Numbered from the stretch's first letter, positions 18,635-29,578 are shown. The stretch: 58,994 bases of DNA from an uncultured archaeon (GCA_964558645.1 CAZLEV010000017.1:1-58994); one strand, 5' to 3'. Translations and numbers: made by a program. Notes: generated by a model from the letters alone, not told the origin.

Positions 18635-19554
18635 GCAATAGAGAGATTGATGTCCCGCTTATTCCTGATTGCTCCGCATGTATTGTGCAAAGTCTTCAGA
18701 TTCTGATATCAAGTCTGACCGATGACAAGGATCAGCAGTTTGCACTCTATAGCCACGCACTAAGAAGACTATCAGAGGGTTATGAGAACCGGGTCAGACC
18801 GCATCCCCTCTCAGTGAGCATCTACCAGGACCTCTATGAACTGGCCGAAGCAAGGGGTGACCCCTATCACGATATCAAGGTAGCCAGCAATCGTGCCGCA
18901 GCCAAGGCCCTTCCCTTCGTCCAGAGCATTGTTGATCAATATCAGGGGTACCAAAAACTGAGAGCTGCGGTTATGGCATCCATAGCGGGCAATCTCATAG
19001 ACTTCAACACTGCGGCCCATCAGCCCCAGCTGGATGAGCTCGAGGACGACTTTCTAAGGATGCTCAAGGAGGGATTCAGCCCGGATGACTCAAGAGAGCT
19101 TTATGACTTGATCATACGTTCTGCCGGTCGCATGGTCTACCTTGCCGATAATGCCGGAGAAACCCTACTTGACATACCCCTGCTCAGAGTTCTTGCGGCA
19201 CATGGCTGGAGAACAATCTATGTTGTAAAGGGTAGAGCCATGGTGAATGACGCAACACGTGACGACGTTGTGGGCACCGAGATTGAGCAGCTTGCAGAGA
19301 TGGCAGACACCGGTGCCTGGGCCCACGGTGTGCCACGTGGTCTTGTGAGTGACAAGTTCATGGAAACTGTCCTATCAGCTGACGTTGTGATCAGCAAGGG
19401 ACAGGCCAACATCGAGACCTTTCCGGAGATTCAAGACCAAACGGGAGTCTTGACCTATTATATCACCAGAGCGAAGTGTTCTCATATCGCTCAGGCTGTG
19501 GGCACGCAGAAGGGTGCCAATGTCGTACTCCGCAGGATCAGTCCAATAGACTGA
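18631..19554 (+). CDS. ARMT1/DUF89 damage-control phosphatase
   Basis: PDCSAC, DPY..IK..SN, IAGNLIDF, YLADNAGE, ISKGQANIET, AKC; TTG start overlapping ard1 stop. Confidence 0.9.
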   Translation: MSNREIDVPLIPDCSACIVQSLQILISSLTDDKDQQFALYSHALRRLSEGYENRVRPHPLSVSIYQDLYELAEARGDPYHDIKVASNRAAAKALPFVQSIVDQYQGYQKLRAAVMASIAGNLIDFNTAAHQPQLDELEDDFLRMLKEGFSPDDSRELYDLIIRSAGRMVYLADNAGETLLDIPLLRVLAAHGWRTIYVVKGRAMVNDATRDDVVGTEIEQLAEMADTGAWAHGVPRGLVSDKFMETVLSADVVISKGQANIETFPEIQDQTGVLTYYITRAKCSHIAQAVGTQKGANVVLRRISPID

Positions 19555-19620
19555 CAGTTGACAACCTTTTTATGTTCATGAAATCGCGTTTCGATTGGCC
19601 GGAAGACATCTAAGACAAGC

Positions 19621-19682
19621 TTTAAATGGGCAAGATATTTCGAAGTCCATGTACAGTTTTGTCACACTAGTTAATACACTAG
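19621..19682 (+). promoter_or_regulatory. Thermosome promoter region: TATA-like TTTAAA and CACTAG-N6-CACTAG motif
   Basis: tttaaat at 19621; CACTAGTTAATACACTAG at 19665-19682; GGAGG SD before ATG. Confidence 0.45.
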
Positions 19683-19699
19683 ATGGAGGAAACTAGAAG

Positions 19700-21331
19700 A
19701 TGAGTCAAGTACCAATAATCGTGCTCAAGGAAGACACTGAGAGGACGCGGGGTCGTGATGCTCAAAGAAACAACATCATGGCAGCTGTCGTCATCGCGGA
19801 GGCGGTCAAGTCTTCGCTAGGACCGAAAGGAATGGACAAGATGCTTGTTGATAGCTTTGGTGATGTAACCGTCAGCAACGACGGTGCCACAATCCTGAAA
19901 GAGATGGATGTGGCGCATCCTGCTGCGAAGATGGTTATCGAGGTATCAAAGACAGTCGACGACGAAGTGGGAGATGGCACCACAACCGCTGCAGTTCTAA
20001 CAGGTGAGTTACTCAAGAATGCAGAGGATCTTCTTGACCAGAAGATTCACCCGACAACCATCATCTCAGGCTACAGGAAAGCGGCTGAGAAATCAGCAGC
20101 AATACTAGATGAGATAGCAGAGAAGGTTGATACAACAAAGGCTGCAGCCTATAAGAAGACTCTGCGCGATATTGCAACAACCGCAATGTCAAGCAAGTTC
20201 ATTTCAGGCAATAAGGAAGCCCTCGCCGAAGTCGTTGTGGACGCGATCCTTGCACTTGCCAAGGACATGAAGGAGGGCGAGGAAATCGATATCGACGATA
20301 TCCCCCGCCAGAAGCAAGTGGGATTGCAGGCAGCAGAGACTGCACTTGTGAAAGGTCTTGTCTTAGACAAAGAAGTTGTTCACCCGGGTATGCCGAAGAA
20401 GGTTGAAGGTGCCAAGATTGCACTCTTTGAATGTCCTCTTGAGGTTTCAAAGACTGAATACGACGCGAAGATATCAATTTCGGATCCATCTTCGATGCAG
20501 GTCTTTCTCGATGAAGAGGAGAAGATGCTCAAGAACATGGTTGACAAAATCGTTGAAGTCGGTGCAAACGTTGTCATTGCCCAAAAGGGTATCGACGATG
20601 TTGTCCAGCACTACCTCGCGAAGAATGGTATCATGGCAGTGAGAAGAATCAAGAAGTCCGATGTCGAACGACTACACAAAACAACTGGAGCATCTATTGT
20701 TTCCAAGATTGCAAACCTGACAAAGAGTGACCTTGGAAAGGCAAAAGTTGTCGAGCAGCGGAGAGTTGGCGACGACAAAATGATTTTTGTCGAAGGCACT
20801 CCGAAATCAACATCTGTCACTCTTCTCGTAAGAGGGGGAACAGACCACGTTGTTGATGAAGTGGACCGTGCACTGAATGATGCCCTTTATGTCGTTAGAG
20901 ATGTGGTCAGTCATCCATACATCTTGTACGGTGGGGGTGCCTTAGAGAGCGAGCTTGCCATGAAGATCCGAGATTACGCCTCATCCCTCGAGGGTCGTGA
21001 GCAGTATGCAGCGAACGCCTTTGCTGACGCTGTAGAATCGATACCGGCCACGTTAGCAGAAAATGGCGGCTTGGATCCGATAGACATTCTCGTATCACTC
21101 AGGTCAGCTCACACCGAAGGAAAGACAACCTATGGTGTCGACCTAGTCACAGGGAAAGTTGCCGACATGAAGAAGAGTCGCATCATCGAACCGGCTGTTG
21201 TGAAGAAGCAGGTGATTGCATCCGCATCAGAGGCTGCTCAGATGCTCCTCAAGATTGATGATGTCATCAGCTCAAAGGGCGGAGGCATGCCTGAAGGGCC
21301 AGGTGGCGAAGGCGACTTCGACGAAGAATAG
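19700..21331 (+). CDS. ths: Thermosome (group II chaperonin) subunit
   Basis: [28 protein letters not shown] motifs. Confidence 0.98.
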   Translation: MSQVPIIVLKEDTERTRGRDAQRNNIMAAVVIAEAVKSSLGPKGMDKMLVDSFGDVTVSNDGATILKEMDVAHPAAKMVIEVSKTVDDEVGDGTTTAAVLTGELLKNAEDLLDQKIHPTTIISGYRKAAEKSAAILDEIAEKVDTTKAAAYKKTLRDIATTAMSSKFISGNKEALAEVVVDAILALAKDMKEGEEIDIDDIPRQKQVGLQAAETALVKGLVLDKEVVHPGMPKKVEGAKIALFECPLEVSKTEYDAKISISDPSSMQVFLDEEEKMLKNMVDKIVEVGANVVIAQKGIDDVVQHYLAKNGIMAVRRIKKSDVERLHKTTGASIVSKIANLTKSDLGKAKVVEQRRVGDDKMIFVEGTPKSTSVTLLVRGGTDHVVDEVDRALNDALYVVRDVVSHPYILYGGGALESELAMKIRDYASSLEGREQYAANAFADAVESIPATLAENGGLDPIDILVSLRSAHTEGKTTYGVDLVTGKVADMKKSRIIEPAVVKKQVIASASEAAQMLLKIDDVISSKGGGMPEGPGGEGDFDEE

Positions 21332-21366
21332 AAAGACAGAACAGGACAGGCTCGTAGGTGTAGCTC

Positions 21367-22038
21367 ATGTACCAAGACCCCTCGAAAATAATGAAGAAGA
21401 AGCGAAAGCCCAAGCTTGAGCAGCTTGAGAACATCAAGCTTGTACTCACCTTCATCCAAGGAATCGGACCCAAGACCTCGGACAAGATGATTGAGGCGGG
21501 ATACGACACTGTAGAGAAGGTGATGGAAGCCTCTCCAGAAGAGATGGCTGAGGCAGTCAGCGGGTTGAGTGTTTCCAAGGCGAAATCAGTCATTGAAGAG
21601 ACCAAGGAGATCAAGGAGCAGGTCGAGGCTGCGAAGCTCGATCTAAAGAAGGCTCGAAGGGGTCGAAGGCGCAAGGTTGTTGACGAAGAACCAGATAGCT
21701 ATGGTCTCCCTCCTGCGGGAGAGATAGAGCATGAGATCGAGAGAACAAACCTGAAGACGGGACATGAGAGAGATAACGAGAAACTCGGTATTCCCATCGG
21801 CCCCAAATGGCTCACCAGATTCGAGAAGGCTCGAGTCATAGGGGCGAGAGCTCTTCAGATCTCGATGGGAGCTCCTACACTCCTCAGCATGGAGAAGGGG
21901 CCGGCTGAGCTCTTTGCCTTTGCCGAGGCTGAGCTCAAGGCTGGCGTTCTACCCATGACTGTTAGACGCTCTGCCCCTACAGGCGAAGTAGCTGACATCG
22001 CCCTTTCTGTCCTATTAGAACACACCCGGCTGGATTGA
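21367..22038 (+). CDS. rpoK: RNA polymerase subunit Rpo6/K with N-terminal helix-hairpin-helix domain
   Basis: C-terminal LTRFEKARVIGARALQISMGAP...ELKAGVLPMTVRR; N-terminal IQGIGPKTSDKMIEAGYDTVEKV..AS.EEM..VSGLS HhH. Confidence 0.9.
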   Translation: MYQDPSKIMKKKRKPKLEQLENIKLVLTFIQGIGPKTSDKMIEAGYDTVEKVMEASPEEMAEAVSGLSVSKAKSVIEETKEIKEQVEAAKLDLKKARRGRRRKVVDEEPDSYGLPPAGEIEHEIERTNLKTGHERDNEKLGIPIGPKWLTRFEKARVIGARALQISMGAPTLLSMEKGPAELFAFAEAELKAGVLPMTVRRSAPTGEVADIALSVLLEHTRLD

Positions 22039-22063
22039 TTCCAGCCAGTCCTCTTTTCTTTTT
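22028..22063 (+). terminator. Hairpin ggctgga/tccagcc spanning the rpoK stop, plus pyrimidine tract
   Basis: Seen directly. Confidence 0.55.
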
Positions 22064-22152
22064 GCTAATTCTACATGTGATGCATGATAGCGATTAACAC
22101 AATGCCTAAATGTATGAAACAACAATGACGATGGTCTGGACAGTGCTATGTC

Positions 22153-23481
22153 TTGCAAGAAATCTTACTAAGCCCAGACCTCGTCATTCGGTGTTTGATT
22201 GGCTTCGCAGTCGGAGCTCTCATCGGACTCGAGCGACAGAAGAGAATGACTGAAGAGTCATCCATAGGAGTAAGGTCTTTTGGACTTCATAGTCTCTTTG
22301 GTATGCTAGGAGCCTATACATACACAGTAACGGCGAATCCAGTTGTCTTGGTCTATTCTGTTGCGATATCCACAATTTTGGTTATGACCCACATCATCTA
22401 CAAAATCTTCAGAACCATGCGGAAAGGGATGACGACTTCGATTGTTTTTGCCCTGTCTTTCATCTTGGGCACACTCGTAGGGCTGGACTCGGCACCAGTG
22501 CCCCCACAAGTCATCGGGCCTCTATCAGTCCTTTCGATGACAGTATCATTCCTCGTTTTCTTGGTTCTCTCTTTCAAGCAAGAACTGTCTGAGGCAGTCG
22601 AGGTCATCACACGAGAAGAAATGATCAGTGCTGTCGAACTAGGAGTGCTCATCCTGTTCTTGTGGCCTTTGATCCCACAGACTGTCCAGATAGGAGCTGT
22701 TGCCTTTCCACTCTTTGAAACTTATCTTCTAATCGTTGTTCTCCTGTCAATTAGCTTCGCCAACTACATACTGGTGAAGAAATTCAAAGACCGCGGACCA
22801 TATTTCTTCGGCTTCTTCGGAGGGTTCGCGAATAGTGAGGCAACGGTCTCCTCCCTGACGGACTTCCATGTGCAGACGGAGTCCAGATATACTGGGAAGA
22901 TTTCACTATCTGTGATTTTTGCGAATCTCGCCATGGTTCTTAGAAATGGGTTCATCATTATCCTGTTTGACAGAGAGCTGAAAGTCATCCAGTACTTCCT
23001 CGTTCCTCTGGCCATCCTGTTCGTCATGGGCATCGTACGAATGTACTCTGAGAGGAGAACGGCTCATGAAGAAGAAAAGCAGGAGATGAGCGTCCGTATG
23101 GTTTCGCCTTTCGAGTTTGGTGCAGCCATTCGGTTCGCCGTTATTTTCACCGCAGTCTCACTCGCCTCTCTCTTCTTACAGGAATTCTTCAGTGAATGGG
23201 GTCTTGTAGCAGCGGCATTCATCGGCGGATTTGCTTCAGCAGGAGCAGTTGTGGCAGTCGCGAGCCAAGCATTCGCAGCAGGCACAGTCAGTCTATCAAC
23301 AGCTGTCTACGCCGTGATCATAGCGACCACAACATCAGTGTTCAACAAGATTGTATACGTCGCCGCGGGTGACCGAGACAGTAATCTTCTCCGACGGGTT
23401 TCGAGAGATGCCATTCTTATGGCAGCCGGAGTTGTACTCTACCTCATCTTTCTGATAGTGGGGGTCATTCCAGTAACATGA
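22153..23481 (+). CDS. MgtC/SapB-DUF4010 family membrane protein
   Basis: GALIGLERQ, IGVRSFGL, GMTT, SFANYI, GFFGGFANSEAT. Confidence 0.9.
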   Translation: MQEILLSPDLVIRCLIGFAVGALIGLERQKRMTEESSIGVRSFGLHSLFGMLGAYTYTVTANPVVLVYSVAISTILVMTHIIYKIFRTMRKGMTTSIVFALSFILGTLVGLDSAPVPPQVIGPLSVLSMTVSFLVFLVLSFKQELSEAVEVITREEMISAVELGVLILFLWPLIPQTVQIGAVAFPLFETYLLIVVLLSISFANYILVKKFKDRGPYFFGFFGGFANSEATVSSLTDFHVQTESRYTGKISLSVIFANLAMVLRNGFIIILFDRELKVIQYFLVPLAILFVMGIVRMYSERRTAHEEEKQEMSVRMVSPFEFGAAIRFAVIFTAVSLASLFLQEFFSEWGLVAAAFIGGFASAGAVVAVASQAFAAGTVSLSTAVYAVIIATTTSVFNKIVYVAAGDRDSNLLRRVSRDAILMAAGVVLYLIFLIVGVIPVT

Positions 23482-23651
23482 CCCACAAGGCGAAGACGAC
23501 GAGGAACGCAAGACTTAAACTGAATCAGGCGGCTCTCGCCTATGGTGACAATATTGACAGCTGGTGGATTGGTTCATCTGCTTCTGTAAGATTGCTCTGA
23601 AAAGGACACGAGCTGCCTTTGTTGCCGAAAGCAAGACTGGAGAATTGTATT

Positions 23652-24959
23652 TTGAGTGAACTCAGAACAGTCAGAGGAATGCGCGACTTGATGGGATCCG
23701 AAATTCTAATCAGAAACTATCTAGAGGACACCGCAGAGGAGGTCTTCAAGCTCTTTGGGTATGAACCTTTGGACTCTCCTGTGATGGAACTGTGGGAGAC
23801 CCTTTCGGCAAAGGGAGGAGAGGACGTTGAAGCTGAAACCTTCCGCTTTGAGGACAAAGGCGATCGGGAGGTAGGTCTCAGGTTTGATCTCACGGTTCCT
23901 CTAGCGCGCATTGTCGCGACCAATCTGCACCTGCCCAAACCATTCAAGAGGTATGCAGTCGGCAAGGCATGGAGGTACGACAGACCTCAGGCAGGAAGAT
24001 ACAGGGAGTTCACTCAAGCAGATGTAGACATTGTGGGTTCTAAAAGCCCAGCTGCCGATGCAGAGGTAGTTCTGGTTGCACTCGAGTTTCTGGAACGTGT
24101 CCTACAACAGGAATACTTGGTTAAGATCAACAGCAGGAAGGTCTTGAAAGGTCTGACAGAAAAGGCAGATGTCCCCGATGCACTTGCCCATGAATGCTTC
24201 AGAGCCATTGATAAGCTGGACAAAATAGGCAAAGAAGGTGTAGTAGAGGAGCTCAAGGAAAGGGGCATAGCCGACATATCAAGTCGGTTCCTCATTGATG
24301 CCATTGACCTCAGTGGAAAGAACATGTCAGTCCTTGACGAGTTCCAAGAAGTCCTGATAGGCTCAGAGGTCGGGCAAGAGGGTGTGGACGAACTCAGATT
24401 CATGGCTGAGATTTTCGAAGAATGCAGAAAGAGTGACTACATAGAGTTTGATATTTCTCTGGCAAGAGGACTCGATTACTATACGGGGCCCGTCTTTGAG
24501 GGAAGGTATCTGGGCGAACCAGATGTTGGTTCGATTCTGGGAGGCGGGAGATATGACAATCTGATAGAGAAATTCGGAGGACCACAGACTCCGGCTACTG
24601 GCATCTCGCTTGGAATCGGACGTCTGATTGATGTGATGTTAGAGAGGCGCTTGGATGAGGAGCTTGCCCCTGATCTTGATGCCTTCATAGCTCCTATCAA
24701 GCAGTCGATGGTCAAGCATGCAATGCGCATCCAATCGGAACTTGTGGCGGCCGGGATATCCTGCGAAGTAGACCTAATGGACCGCCCACTTGGTAAGCTA
24801 CTGGAGCTTGCGGATTCACGGAACGCAAGGTACACCGTCATCGTAGGCAAGAGAGACCTATCAAAAGGAGAAGTGAGTCTCCGCAATATGGCCACAAAAG
24901 AAACCGAACAGGTCAAACTGGATGATATCGTTGAGAGAATCCTTCGTTTCACTCAGTAG
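23652..24959 (+). CDS. hisS: Histidyl-tRNA synthetase
   Basis: RGMRD, GLRFDLTVPLAR, RYREFTQADVD, LARGLDYYTG, GGGRYDNL; likely TTG start at 23652. Confidence 0.97.
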   Translation: MSELRTVRGMRDLMGSEILIRNYLEDTAEEVFKLFGYEPLDSPVMELWETLSAKGGEDVEAETFRFEDKGDREVGLRFDLTVPLARIVATNLHLPKPFKRYAVGKAWRYDRPQAGRYREFTQADVDIVGSKSPAADAEVVLVALEFLERVLQQEYLVKINSRKVLKGLTEKADVPDALAHECFRAIDKLDKIGKEGVVEELKERGIADISSRFLIDAIDLSGKNMSVLDEFQEVLIGSEVGQEGVDELRFMAEIFEECRKSDYIEFDISLARGLDYYTGPVFEGRYLGEPDVGSILGGGRYDNLIEKFGGPQTPATGISLGIGRLIDVMLERRLDEELAPDLDAFIAPIKQSMVKHAMRIQSELVAAGISCEVDLMDRPLGKLLELADSRNARYTVIVGKRDLSKGEVSLRNMATKETEQVKLDDIVERILRFTQ

Positions 24960-25034
24960 CCTGAGATCACTTCGTGAACACGTTCGCGACAGGCAGGACC
25001 CGAGAAGCCCTGAATCAAAGCATTTTTCTCTCAC

Positions 25035-25901
25035 ATGACCTTAGCAATTATGGGATGCAAGATGGTTCGGATGCCTGTCGTCGCCGGAAGCTTCTACGAG
25101 GGGGAGGAGAGCCTCCTGAGAAATAGAATAGAGTCCTGCTTCAAATCAGAACTCGGTCCTGGTGTGCTTCCAGATGGCACCCCCGGAGAGAAGAGAGTCC
25201 TAAAAGCAGCTATAGCCCCTCATGCAGGATACGTCTATTCAGGACCTCCTGCGGCTCATACGTATCTTGAGATTTTCAGAGATGGAAGGCCCGACCATAT
25301 AGTAATTCTGGGACCTAATCATACGGGTTTCGGGGCGCGATTGGCTGTGTGCGAAGAGGACTGGATGACTCCCTTGGGAAGAGTCAAGTATGATGCCGAG
25401 CTGGGACAGTCCATAATCGAACAGAACACATATGCATCATCTGACTGCCTTGCTCATAACAACGAACACTCTATTGAAGTTCAATTGCCCTTTCTCCAGT
25501 ATATGTTCCCAGAGAGTCTGAGCTTTGTTCCAATTTGTATTTCAGATCAGAGTTGGGAAATCTGCATGTCCATAGGCAGAACCATATCTGACCTTTCAAA
25601 AGAAATGGATATTCTTGTGTTGGCAAGTTCTGATTTCACCCATCACGAACCAGCTGATGTTGCAAAGAAGAAAGATAACCAAGCGATAGAATACCTTGAA
25701 TATATGGATCCCAAGGGATTCTTGGATTTTGTGCAGAAACATCGAATCAGTATATGTGGGGCGGGCCCCATAGCAACAGCACTTGAGTATGCAAACCAAG
25801 TAGATGCGACGGAATTCCAGCTGCTGAAGTACACAAACTCAGGAGATGTGCTTGGTGACTACAAGAGTGTTGTAGCCTATGTGTCAGCCGTATTCAGATG
25901 A
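25035..25901 (+). CDS. MEMO1 family protein (AmmeMemoRadiSam protein B)
   Basis: VAGSFY, PHAGYVYSG, GPNHTG, EHSIEVQLPFLQ, SSDFTH, ICGAGP, SVVAY. Confidence 0.95.
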   Translation: MTLAIMGCKMVRMPVVAGSFYEGEESLLRNRIESCFKSELGPGVLPDGTPGEKRVLKAAIAPHAGYVYSGPPAAHTYLEIFRDGRPDHIVILGPNHTGFGARLAVCEEDWMTPLGRVKYDAELGQSIIEQNTYASSDCLAHNNEHSIEVQLPFLQYMFPESLSFVPICISDQSWEICMSIGRTISDLSKEMDILVLASSDFTHHEPADVAKKKDNQAIEYLEYMDPKGFLDFVQKHRISICGAGPIATALEYANQVDATEFQLLKYTNSGDVLGDYKSVVAYVSAVFR

Positions 25902-25922
25902 GCATCAGTCCGAAAAAGAGCC

Positions 25923-26432
25923 TCACTGCTTGAGAATAACCCTGCTGACGCCCTCGATTGCAGAGAGTACCTCGATTGCAGCTCCTGGGAGTGGGGTCTG
26001 CGTGATCACCTTGAGACAGGGTTCTCGGTGGATTGCAACATCCTCTGCGATGACCTGACGAATTGCCACGCCATAGCCAGAAATAGTAGAAGTGACTTGA
26101 GACAGAATGCCGGGATTCTCAGGGGACTCGACATGAATTATCACAACACCATATCCAAGAATCTTCCGGACCCCCTCAAGAGAAGACCCGGCGGGCTCAA
26201 GATTCGAGAAGAACCTGAACAGCCCCTCATCTTTACAGATGTCCTCGGTGGTCACACGGACTGTTCTCCGATCGATGCCCAAAGCGTCACCGATGGATTT
26301 CAGTGGGACACGAATTGAACCACAACTGATGTCGCCGGGTCCATTGACCTTGAACCCGTGACTGATTATGGCCTGGGCTACCTCTAATCTCATAGGAGTA
26401 TCCTGGAAATACTCAACAATCCTTCGCCACAT
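25923..26432 (-). CDS. ACT-domain regulator of amino-acid metabolism (COG2150-like)
   Basis: MWRRIVEYF start, GIDRRTVR HTH, PGILSQVT..IS..GVAIRQ ACT domain. Confidence 0.88.
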   Translation of the reverse strand: MWRRIVEYFQDTPMRLEVAQAIISHGFKVNGPGDISCGSIRVPLKSIGDALGIDRRTVRVTTEDICKDEGLFRFFSNLEPAGSSLEGVRKILGYGVVIIHVESPENPGILSQVTSTISGYGVAIRQVIAEDVAIHREPCLKVITQTPLPGAAIEVLSAIEGVSRVILKQ

Positions 26433-26455
26433 GGGGGAACACACATTCCAGCAAT

Positions 26456-26986
26456 TCAATGAAGCATCTTCTCATAGAGTACTTCATCAATATATCCCTT
26501 CGGCATTTTGAAATGCTTATGCCTTGTTCCCACGAGGCGATACCCAATTCCTTCGTATAGATGGCGGGCAATCTCATTGCCTGCAAAGGTACTAAGAGTG
26601 ATCTTCACATAGCCCTCATTCAGAGCTGCTTCTTCTGCACAAGTCATCAGAAACTTGCCTACACCCACACCTCTTGAGTCGCTGACCACGATAATCCCTA
26701 GTTTAGCTACATGCCGTGAAGCCTCCCATTCTTCTGGCTGCAGAGAGAGATGACCAGCATAAGCATCATCGATGCGAGCAACAAGAAGCACCTCTCTGAC
26801 TTCCTGAGCACGCTCTATCCAGGTGACCCAATCCGACGGTCCGGCCTTGGGTTTGAAGCTAGGTAGCCATTGACCCTCCTCAATTACGTCACAAAAACCG
26901 CGATACATATCCCGAGCATCCTCAGATCGCGCATGACGAACAACGAGTTCTCGTTCGTCTTTGGTCATGAGGTGCCACTCGGTCAA
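26456..26986 (-). CDS. GNAT family N-acetyltransferase
   Basis: RGVGVGKFLM motif A, NEIARHLYEGIGY. Confidence 0.9.
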   Translation of the reverse strand: MTEWHLMTKDERELVVRHARSEDARDMYRGFCDVIEEGQWLPSFKPKAGPSDWVTWIERAQEVREVLLVARIDDAYAGHLSLQPEEWEASRHVAKLGIIVVSDSRGVGVGKFLMTCAEEAALNEGYVKITLSTFAGNEIARHLYEGIGYRLVGTRHKHFKMPKGYIDEVLYEKMLH

Positions 26987-27147
26987 ATCACCATCTCAGT
27001 GCAGCAGGTAGAGGAGCCGACAAAAAAGATTATGGTAGTGACACAAATCTTAGTACATTGTCGGTGTTTGCGCTAGCTTTAAAAACGCCGTGCATTTTCA
27101 GCCCACATCGACCACGACAGGTGACTCGGTATCAGGAAGGCGTCAGG

Positions 27148-28725
27148 ATGAATGGCAAGAGAATCACGGTAATACTACTACTGACAGCAATATTTGTTGG
27201 GGCACTACAATTGCCTCCACTCGCCGGGAACGTCACAGCTAGTAACAGCGGTTTCAACGAAAGAAATCGCGGCTTGTTCGAAGCGTACTTCGAGTCGGAT
27301 AACATCACAATCACCCTGATTACTCCTGCAAATCAGAGTACCTTGGTCGGAACGGTGAACATCACCCTGGATGTTGTGTCAGACTACGACCCCCTGAATC
27401 TAACACTCTTTGTGGATGATGAGATCTACCCCGACCTGAACCGCACAGAGATTTCTGTTGGTCTGCAGAATGTAACAATAGACACGCTGACTCTTCCAGA
27501 GGGGTATCTGAATTTCACTTTCCTCTTTGAGAATGCGTCATCAGGTGTAGTCGATCGGCAGAGCTATCCTCTGCTCTTCGAGGTGGACAACCACGGTTAT
27601 CCAAGCGTAGAGATACTTGCACCGAGCGAGGAAGAAACATTCACAGGCCCAGATGAACTGTATCTAAACATCTCATCTTCCTACGAAGAAGTCTACCTGA
27701 ACATAACAGTCAACGGAGTTCCTACTGAGGAATGGAACGGTTCGCAGCTTGTCCCTGTAGGCCCAGCCAATTACACCATCAATGGCAGCAGATATGAGAA
27801 CGGGAATAACCTAGTCGAGGTCATCGTTGTGACCGAGGAAGGGCTCTCAGACCAAGCAGAGGCGGTTGTTCGGTTCCTAGATCATGTCCGATTCTCAATA
27901 GTGGGAATAAGCAACTATGGAACAGTGTCAGGAGAACAGGAGTTTGCAATCCGCGTGTTCACACCCTACGATTCTGTGAATCTGACAGCTTTCGTTGAAG
28001 GGGATATCGCGGATGACGTCAAGAACATAACCGTGCCTCAGGGCCGTAGTGACTTTACCATGAATACTACGGGATATGCAGAAGGAGAGCACGAATTCCT
28101 CTTCGTGGCTTATGATGGATTCGGGCATTCGTGGTCTCAGAAACTCATATTCATAGTCGACAACCACGGCGAGCCGAGTGTGTCATTCATTGCGCCCACC
28201 CGAGATATCGTTGTAGGGCTGGCAGAATTCACATTGGATATCGAAACCACGTATAGCACAGTTTCGCTCTCTGTCTATGTTGATGGAGAGGCTGTTGAGA
28301 GTTTGACCAATCTGACCGCTCCCGCAGGATCCTATACTTTCTTCCTTGACACCACACCATATAGCAAGTGGCAACATGAGGTGAAGGTCGTGGTGACCAC
28401 TGTGGAGGGACTAAGTGATGAGGCTACTTCGCTCCTTGGTTTTGCCAATTTCAAGATTGAAGAGATTCTCAGTGCAATTGTATTGATAGGAATCGCTCTG
28501 ACTATTCCGCTCATGCGACTGAAGAAAGGAGAGCCTGTCAAGACCACATTCATTGTGGATGCGATATTCATCCTTGTCTTCTTCGGTGTCTTCTTCGCAT
28601 TGGGTGTGTCCTCACTACCTGTCATGATATGGCACTTCAATCTTGCAAGCGTATGGGCCTTTGGCACAACACTGATTGCAACCAACTGGCTTATCCCTCT
28701 GTTCACCATGGAAACCAGTCAGTAG
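27148..28725 (+). CDS. Cell-surface glycoprotein with tandem Ig-like beta-sandwich repeats and C-terminal TM helices
   Basis: Signal peptide, duplicated VDNHG.PSV..AP units, many N-x-S/T sequons, about 3 C-terminal TM segments. Confidence 0.82.
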   Translation: MNGKRITVILLLTAIFVGALQLPPLAGNVTASNSGFNERNRGLFEAYFESDNITITLITPANQSTLVGTVNITLDVVSDYDPLNLTLFVDDEIYPDLNRTEISVGLQNVTIDTLTLPEGYLNFTFLFENASSGVVDRQSYPLLFEVDNHGYPSVEILAPSEEETFTGPDELYLNISSSYEEVYLNITVNGVPTEEWNGSQLVPVGPANYTINGSRYENGNNLVEVIVVTEEGLSDQAEAVVRFLDHVRFSIVGISNYGTVSGEQEFAIRVFTPYDSVNLTAFVEGDIADDVKNITVPQGRSDFTMNTTGYAEGEHEFLFVAYDGFGHSWSQKLIFIVDNHGEPSVSFIAPTRDIVVGLAEFTLDIETTYSTVSLSVYVDGEAVESLTNLTAPAGSYTFFLDTTPYSKWQHEVKVVVTTVEGLSDEATSLLGFANFKIEEILSAIVLIGIALTIPLMRLKKGEPVKTTFIVDAIFILVFFGVFFALGVSSLPVMIWHFNLASVWAFGTTLIATNWLIPLFTMETSQ

Positions 28726-28726
28726 C

Positions 28727-29578
28727 CTACAGCAGTCTGGTCACAGGAATGATTCTGCACGAGTCTACAGTCCACGGTGCAGCTTCCTCATAATACGGCA
28801 GACGGTCCTTAGGAATCATTGTAGAAACCTCTGTGGCTCTCCATCTATGGGTGGCTCTTGCCGTGTGAAGGATGACCTCTTCAAGATGCGATCTACCCCT
28901 TCTATTGACATCAGCCACGAAGTGCCCCATCTTATCATCATCAACCATCATCACACCTGTCCCTGCAGGTCGACCATTGAGTCCAAACTCTAACACACGT
29001 CCTTTCATCCCAAAGACGAGCACGTCTCGAGCCATATCGGCGAGGAGTCCAGGGTGAGCCATGTTCGAGTACTTGAGGCTGCTGGGTAACCTTCTGACAT
29101 CTGTTATCTCCTTGACGTCAAGACCTCTCTGGGAGGGCTTCGGCAGGCGCTCTCTCTGGATTGAGAGGTCTAAGAGCGATCCCCGTGCGAAGTAACCGAT
29201 CTTCATCCAGAAGTTATACGCCTCAGGAGGCGAATCAGCCACGACTCGTACAGCCTTCCTCTTGCGGAGCACAACCTCTGCTTCTTTCACGAGCAGGGTG
29301 CCAATGCCCTTCTTCTGATGGCGCACATCAACGTCCATGGTCCTGATGATTCCCATCTTGCCTGAAGTGGGATTTCGCTCAACACGAACGGTCACTTCTC
29401 CCACAACTTGACCGTCGATTTCAGCCACAAGCCAACCCCACCTTCTGAAAAACAACCCACGATGTTCTTGTCTCACCTGTTCGACAGTCATGTACTTCTT
29501 CTGTAACCAACGTGTCGTCTGATATATTGTTAGAATGTCAGCGCAGTCGCGCATGCGTCCTTTACGTATCTTGACCAT
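28727..29578 (-). CDS. GNAT family N-acetyltransferase (two-domain)
   Basis: HQKKGIGTLLVKEAE, AYNFWMKIGY; start re-called at ATG 29578. Confidence 0.85.
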   Translation of the reverse strand: MVKIRKGRMRDCADILTIYQTTRWLQKKYMTVEQVRQEHRGLFFRRWGWLVAEIDGQVVGEVTVRVERNPTSGKMGIIRTMDVDVRHQKKGIGTLLVKEAEVVLRKRKAVRVVADSPPEAYNFWMKIGYFARGSLLDLSIQRERLPKPSQRGLDVKEITDVRRLPSSLKYSNMAHPGLLADMARDVLVFGMKGRVLEFGLNGRPAGTGVMMVDDDKMGHFVADVNRRGRSHLEEVILHTARATHRWRATEVSTMIPKDRLPYYEEAAPWTVDSCRIIPVTRLL

